Shown one piece after another: positions 58,164 through 64,000 of a stretch of DNA of 64,000 nucleotides. Made by a program: the position numbers and the translations under genes. Below the pieces are notes generated by a model. The model ran no database searches and had not been told where the DNA came from. It saw nothing but the letters and a program-made list of their open reading frames with translations. Positions within the stretch are counted from its first letter, which is position 1. Each line of letters opens with the position of its first letter. The stretch comes from Octopus vulgaris (taxonomy: Eukaryota): NCBI GenBank assembly GCA_951406725.2, contig OX597825.1, positions 65,782,001 through 65,846,000 of the forward strand, written 5' to 3'.

Positions 58164-58816
58164 ATATCAAATCTGAGCGCAATCAGATGGAGGATGCCCG
58201 AGATCCTAGAAGACACACGGATAGAAGAAAATACAAATATATGTAACTTCTTTCTACTCATATACAAATAACATATACAGAGTGTTATAACAAGAAATCA
58301 TACCTGGCACAATATAAATATTGGGGGGGGGGGGGGGCTTTCAGTTTCCTGATTCCCTCCGAAAATACAAATGTTTTATTGAAAATATTGCAGCATTATA
58401 GTCATCAGGGATAAAAAGTAAAGGTACCAATTTTAAAACATTAACAAAGTTTTTTTTTTAAAAAAAAAGGTAAGCAAGGATTAAGAGCAGCATTAGAACT
58501 TTAAAATGTGTATATGGTCATTAATGAAGCAGAAAGTAATGGCAATGGATGAGTGAAAGATAAGAACATGCTCCAGCATGGCCGCAGTCAAATGACTGAA
58601 ACAAGTTAAAGAATAAAAGAAAAGAATAATCAGTTGATAAATTCAAACTTTAACTTGAAAAATAATCTTTGAACTAAGAACTAGAAGTTAAAATGTTGAG
58701 TCGTGAATTTTCTGTCCGTTGTGATATTACATAGTAAAATATAATTTGTGTACAAGTCTTAGTCCCGCTATCAGCATGTCATAGCACGCATAAAATTTAT
58801 CATTAATACGAAGATA

Positions 58817-59105
58817 AAGGCAGCAAGCTGTCAGAAATGTGAGCACGCCGAATACAGTGCTTATCGGTATTTCTTCTTGCTTTATATTATAAGTAATGTG
58901 TGAAATGTTATAAGCAATGCGTGAAGACACACCTAGCTGGGCCACGAATGACATCTTCAAAGTGCGAAGCACGTACTTCTGCCGAGTTGACTTTGCTTTT
59001 CATTTTTTTCGTGTTTGAAAGTATTTGTTGAGCACTTGAATAGATTTAATCACCTAGCACCTTCTCCGAAATTTCAGGACTTGTGCCTACAGAACAAAGA
59101 ATTAT
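58817..59105 (+). mobile_element. Degenerate SINE family B
   Basis: AAGGCAGCAAGCTGTCAGAAATG...GACTTTGCTTTTCAT...AATTTCAGGACTTGTGCC. Confidence 0.6.
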
Positions 59106-59510
59106 TAATACAAAGTTATGACGATCGCTTTGAAGATAGTGCGTAAAATTTTAACTTATATATTTTTCGTTTTAAGCATCAGTATTGATATATTCAATTA
59201 TGCATTTAAAGAATTCATACGCTATAAATTTTTGACAACATTTGAAGTCACATGAAATACAATCAAGAACTCTAAAGCATTGATGATATGAGATTAGATA
59301 ATAAGTTGGTGTCACTTTGTATGCATTGTTTATAAGGATAGTTTCTCTTCCAAAACATTTACAGCCGCAAAGGACTTTTCCGCCTTTGAATGTACACAAA
59401 CATGGCTAATTTTAATATATACGCATTGTTTCAATCATCGCTGCTTAGTATGTAAGTATGCATGCAATTAATTAAATACACCTTGAGAAATTTATTTTTG
59501 TTAATTATAT

Positions 59511-59908
59511 ACGCGCAGGAGTAGCTGTGTGGTATGTAGCTTGCTTACCAACCACATGGTCATGGGTTCAGTCCCATTGCGTGGCACCTTGGGCAAGTGT
59601 CTTCTACTTTAGCCTCAGGCCGACCAAAGCCTTGTGAGTGGATTTGGTAGACGGAAACTGAAAGAAGCCCGTTGTATATGTATATGTGTGTGTGTGTGTG
59701 TATGTTTGTGTGTCTGTGTTTGTCCCACCAACATCGCTTGACAACCGATGCTGGTGTGTTTATGTCTCCATAACTTAGCGTTTCAGCAAAAGAGACCGAT
59801 AGAATAAGTACTAGGCTTACAAAGAATAAGTCCTGGGGTCGATTTGCTCGACTAAAGGCGTTGCTCCAGCATGGTTACAGTCAAATGACTGAAACAAGTA
59901 AAAGAGTA
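59511..59908 (+). mobile_element. SINE family A, full-length
   Basis: High similarity to 55371-55771. Confidence 0.92.
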
Positions 59909-60348
59909 AGCTATAAGAACAGCAGTTTTACTAAGCTGTAAACAGCGGATTTTGTGTTCGTAGTAGATGAGAAATCACTCCGCAGAAACACGGGTCTTGC
60001 AATTTGAAGACGTCGTTTGTGACCCGGCTTGATGTGTTTTCACACATTGAATATAAGGAAACTTCCTCTTCCTAGTCAGTTGTCGCAGAGAACGTCTTTG
60101 AACATTTCATAAGTGCACAGCTTTACGATCAAATAATATAGTAATAACACATCTGCTGTTAAGCACTTTGATATATAGATGTACTATGTTTTATGAACTT
60201 CGATAAAATGTTCACAGCTAAAGGACTCGAGGTATGTATCTATCTAAAAACAAGTAACTCTTACGAGATTGAAACAAATTTTTACCCAAGTAGAATTTTG
60301 TATCGTGTATCGTATGAGTTATCTACATTCTTTTTAACAGCATTTTAT

Positions 60349-60530
60349 TGTTCCTTCTCGAGCCATGCCAGTCTCATAAGGGCCGGTTTCCCGGTTTCAG
60401 TGGCGTAGAAATTCCTCACCTGGACGGGGCGCCGGTCCATCTCAGGATTACTCATTTTTGCCAGCTGAATGGACTGAAGCAACGGGAAAAGGAAGTGTTT
60501 TACTTAAGAACACAAGGCATCGCCCGGTCC
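60349..60530 (-). mobile_element. 5'-truncated SINE family E
   Basis: Similar to 42325-42505. Confidence 0.8.
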
Positions 60531-60885
60531 AAGAGCATTTTATTGGAATCAACTACGATAGATATATTTCTAGTATCAAATGTTTCCATTAAGACAGTCA
60601 ATGGCCTATATCCGTTGTTGATATCTGAAACGCTAGAGCACCAACGGGATTTAGTTGCATCATATACGTTCAGAATTCAGAACTGATCACGAGCGATTTT
60701 GCTTTCATCTATCAGGAGACGATAAAATGACACATTACTGTTGTATGGAAGGGGAGAATTAAAGACGCAATAATGGTGCATAAGAGAAAAGTACATGATA
60801 ATGATGTTTAACAGATAACTGTAGACATGAATGGGCATGGAATATAGTATACATTATTGTTGGGTAGATATAGCTAGTTAGCTAC

Positions 60886-60967
<82 letters not shown>

Positions 60968-61127
60968 TTATATATGTATAAATGTATATGTATATTATAA
61001 ATGTATATATCTGATATGTTTTATGTTGTTTTTCTATGCGCCATTTCTACGTTTTCATATACATACATACGTACGTAATACACATACACGCATATATATA
61101 TATGTATGTATATATGCATATATGTAC

Positions 61128-61205
<78 letters not shown>

Positions 61206-61582
61206 TAGGAAGAAAGAGAAAGGGAGAGAATATTAACAGTGAAGCATACCAAAAAAAATTAAGGGATATACGATAAAATAGATCATAAATACTTTATATC
61301 TAGACTTAATTAAAGGATCCAATATACGCGTTATTCATCAGAGAGAAAAAAATTACATGGTTATAAACTCCGTTGTTTTTATACAGGCTTTGGACAACGC
61401 AAGATAGTAACAAATTGAAGTGATAACGAATCAAACGGGAGGTTACACTATCGCATAACAAAATAGATTCCTATTCGGAAAAACTACATACATGCATACA
61501 TACATACATACATACATACATACATACATACATACATACATACATACATACATACATACATACGTACGTACATACATGCGTA

Positions 61583-61905
61583 TTCTTTTATTCTTTTACT
61601 TGTTTCTGCCATTTGACTGCGGCCATGCTAGAGTACCGCCTTTAGTCGAACAAATCGCCCCAGGACTTAATTTTTGTAAGCCTAGTACTTGTTCTGTCGA
61701 TCTCTTTTGCCGAACCATTAAGTCACGGGGACGTAAATATACCAACATCAGTTGTAAAGCGATGGAGGGGACAAGCACAGGCACACATGCAAATATTCTT
61801 TCAGTTTCCGTCTACCAAATCCACTCACAAGGCTTTGGTCGGCCCCTGGTTATAGTAGAAGACACTTTGCCGAAGATGTCACGTAGTGGGACTGAACCTG
61901 GTGCG
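61583..61905 (-). mobile_element. SINE family A lacking the central microsatellite
   Basis: 3' and 5' halves joined at about 61795. Confidence 0.8.
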
Positions 61906-61954
61906 ATGCGCCTGTGTGTGTGTGTGTGCGTGTGCGCGCGTGTATATACATACA

Positions 61955-62048
<94 letters not shown>

Positions 62049-62072
62049 CATATATATATACAAATATATATA

Positions 62073-62467
62073 TAAGTTCAGCAAAAATTTAGATTCAGAT
62101 GAAAATGGTACTTAAGTTAAAGGCACCAGAATTTGGTATGGTATTATTCATATAGATCACATGGGGTGATTATAATCAAAATAAGCAACAAAAGTGATAA
62201 AAAAATCTGCCCATGAGAAAAGATCTTCTACTAGTATGTTCTTACTGATGAAATTCACCTCTCTGTTTATATATCTACCCTCTTTGTAATATTGGCAAAT
62301 GGAATAGGTATAAAAATGAACGTTGTCAATTTAATTAAAAACATTCCATATGTGGCTGAAGAGTGTTCTACATTTTAAAACTAATGTAATACTTACATTG
62401 TTTAATTAAATTAAGTAGCATGAAACGATTGTACTACACTACCTTTGGATATCCTTGTTGCTTATTT

Positions 62468-62471
<4 letters not shown>
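62073..62471 (+). mobile_element. Hammerhead-bearing PLE-like insert in (TA)n
   Basis: Flanked by TA arrays. A 17-bp inverted repeat (62175-62191 / 62455-62471) brackets the ribozyme. Confidence 0.55.
62351..62438 (+). ncRNA. Type I hammerhead ribozyme with extended stem II
   Basis: tgtgg-CTGAAGA-[gtgttctac...aatgtaa tac ttacatt...gtagcat]-GAAA-CGATTG-TA-ctaca gives an intact core, 5-bp stem I and a GUA triplet. Confidence 0.7.
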
Positions 62472-62515
<44 letters not shown>

Positions 62516-62899
62516 GTTCATATCGAACGGTGAGAATCAGTGTTTCAAACCGTATTGGTGGGTAAAGCATCTGTATTTGTAGGTTTACCAGGCTACCATT
62601 GGTTTCACGATAAGGCAGCTATCTCTTAGCAACTATCAAGCCAGTAATATCTTGGATGATGTTCTCATCTTACTATGAAGCCAATGGTCCAGTGGTAACA
62701 TGGTTAACTTACAAATAAAGTATATATGTGTATATATACACATATATATACATATATATAATTGCTAAGAATATATACTTTAACTGTCCAATACTACATA
62801 TAATATTTGTAAACAAACCAGAAGGTTTTGTAAGCTACGGAGATAGAGTGACTATGGTATTAATCTCATGCAATGGATTTTTTAAAAGAAAAAAAGTTA

Positions 62900-63160
62900 T
62901 GAGTGTTTTTAAAGCAAGACACTTTATTTCACGTTGCTCCAGTTCACTCAGCTGTAGAAATGAGTGACGACGTTACAGGTGCCACGGTGTATCGGCCCCT
63001 TTGCCTTTCCCTTGGATAACACTGGTGGCGTGGAGAGGGGAGGTCGATATCCATGAGTAACTGCTGGTCTTCCATAAACAACCTTGCCCGGACTTGTGCC
63101 TGGGGGGATAACTTTCTAGGTGCAATTCCATGGTCTGTGTCGTGACCGAAGGGGGTCTCA
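62900..63160 (+). mobile_element. SINE family F (E-like centre, distinct tail), 5'-truncated
   Basis: TTTCACGTTGCTCCAGTTCACTCAGCTG followed by a tail homologous to 8720-8886. Confidence 0.75.
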
Positions 63161-63946
63161 GAATATATACACAACACATATATATACCCCTTCACACACG
63201 CACTTATATATACATATTTATTTATTCATTTACACGCGTATACACCCATTGGCACTGAATTAAATGTTCTTGAACTTTCGCATTCAATGGCTTATTGAAG
63301 TATGTTGGATGACCCATAATTCAAAGACATTTTGGTGTCACAAGCACTCCAGTATTTTCTACTTTACCCACTTTTTTGTGTCCCAGAAATATTGTATGTT
63401 TCATTGTCTTCGATATTTCAATCAACCACACTAAATTATGTGTGAGCGTGTGAGTGAGTGCGTGTGCGCGAGTGCATGCGTGTGTATACTCAATATATGT
63501 CATGCACAATACTCAATATATGTCAAAAATGATAAATTTCAGCCTGATGATTAAATCTTAATCTTTCTGCTTGAAGTTAGCCGTCATTTTCTTCTTGTGT
63601 TCTCATTTGTCTCCTTTTTGTCAGTGTTTTACTTTTTTAAATCGAGTCTAGCCTATATTACTCATTATATTTATTGTCATTTAGTATTAGCAAAACCCTC
63701 TCTCTAATTCTTAATAACCATTGAATTCTTCTTGATCAAAGTTCTGCAGTTTAATGTTAAAATGTTTCTCAGTGACAAAGTATTATTAACCTTCTAGCTA
63801 GCAATTACCTGCTGTATATTTGAAACTATAACTCTACGCTTCTACAGTAATAGGGCCTCCTCACTCAATTACTAACCTTCATTAGTTTGACTGACTCATT
63901 CACACACAATTATATTTCCTTTCCCTCTTCTCTCTGTTTATCTATC

Positions 63947-63979
<33 letters not shown>

Positions 63980-64000
63980 GTAAATGGAGTTGAACGCAAA

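Noticed and set aside
59960-60120. Possible RTE C-terminal zinc-finger remnant
   Set aside because: Only vague motif similarity.
61325-61341. CTGATGA-AT-AACGCGTA (minus strand)
   Set aside because: Stem II and G12 are missing; at most a dead remnant, like 26573-26591 and 4910-4923.

Overview
AT-rich, microsatellite-dense eukaryotic DNA, probably intergenic or intronic. The SINE families and repeat spectrum suggest an octopod cephalopod, but that is inference. No complete host gene is supported, and almost all ORFs in the track are translations of simple repeats. Non-LTR retroelements include a 2.05-kb 5'-truncated R4/Dong-type element with an uninterrupted 626-aa RT/CCHC/REL ORF inside a (TAA)n array, a shorter Dong fragment, two copies of a Tx1/L1-like 3' end inside (GATA)n, CR1-like 3' ends inside (TA)n, and an RTE remnant. 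Penelope-like GIY-YIG and pLTR remnants are also present. DNA transposons include an internally deleted mariner, a Tigger/pogo remnant and non-autonomous Helitron/Helentron-like elements. Many tRNA-derived SINEs from at least five modular families are scattered throughout. Two signals stand out. First, several short (TA)n-embedded inserts carry sequence-diverse minimal type I hammerhead ribozymes, including a U3:A8 core variant and one with a roughly 60-nt stem II. Second, different retrotransposon clades appear to occupy different microsatellite classes. A possible first exon of a minus-strand host gene lies at about 9130-9560. All calls come from reading the sequence by eye; no searches were run.
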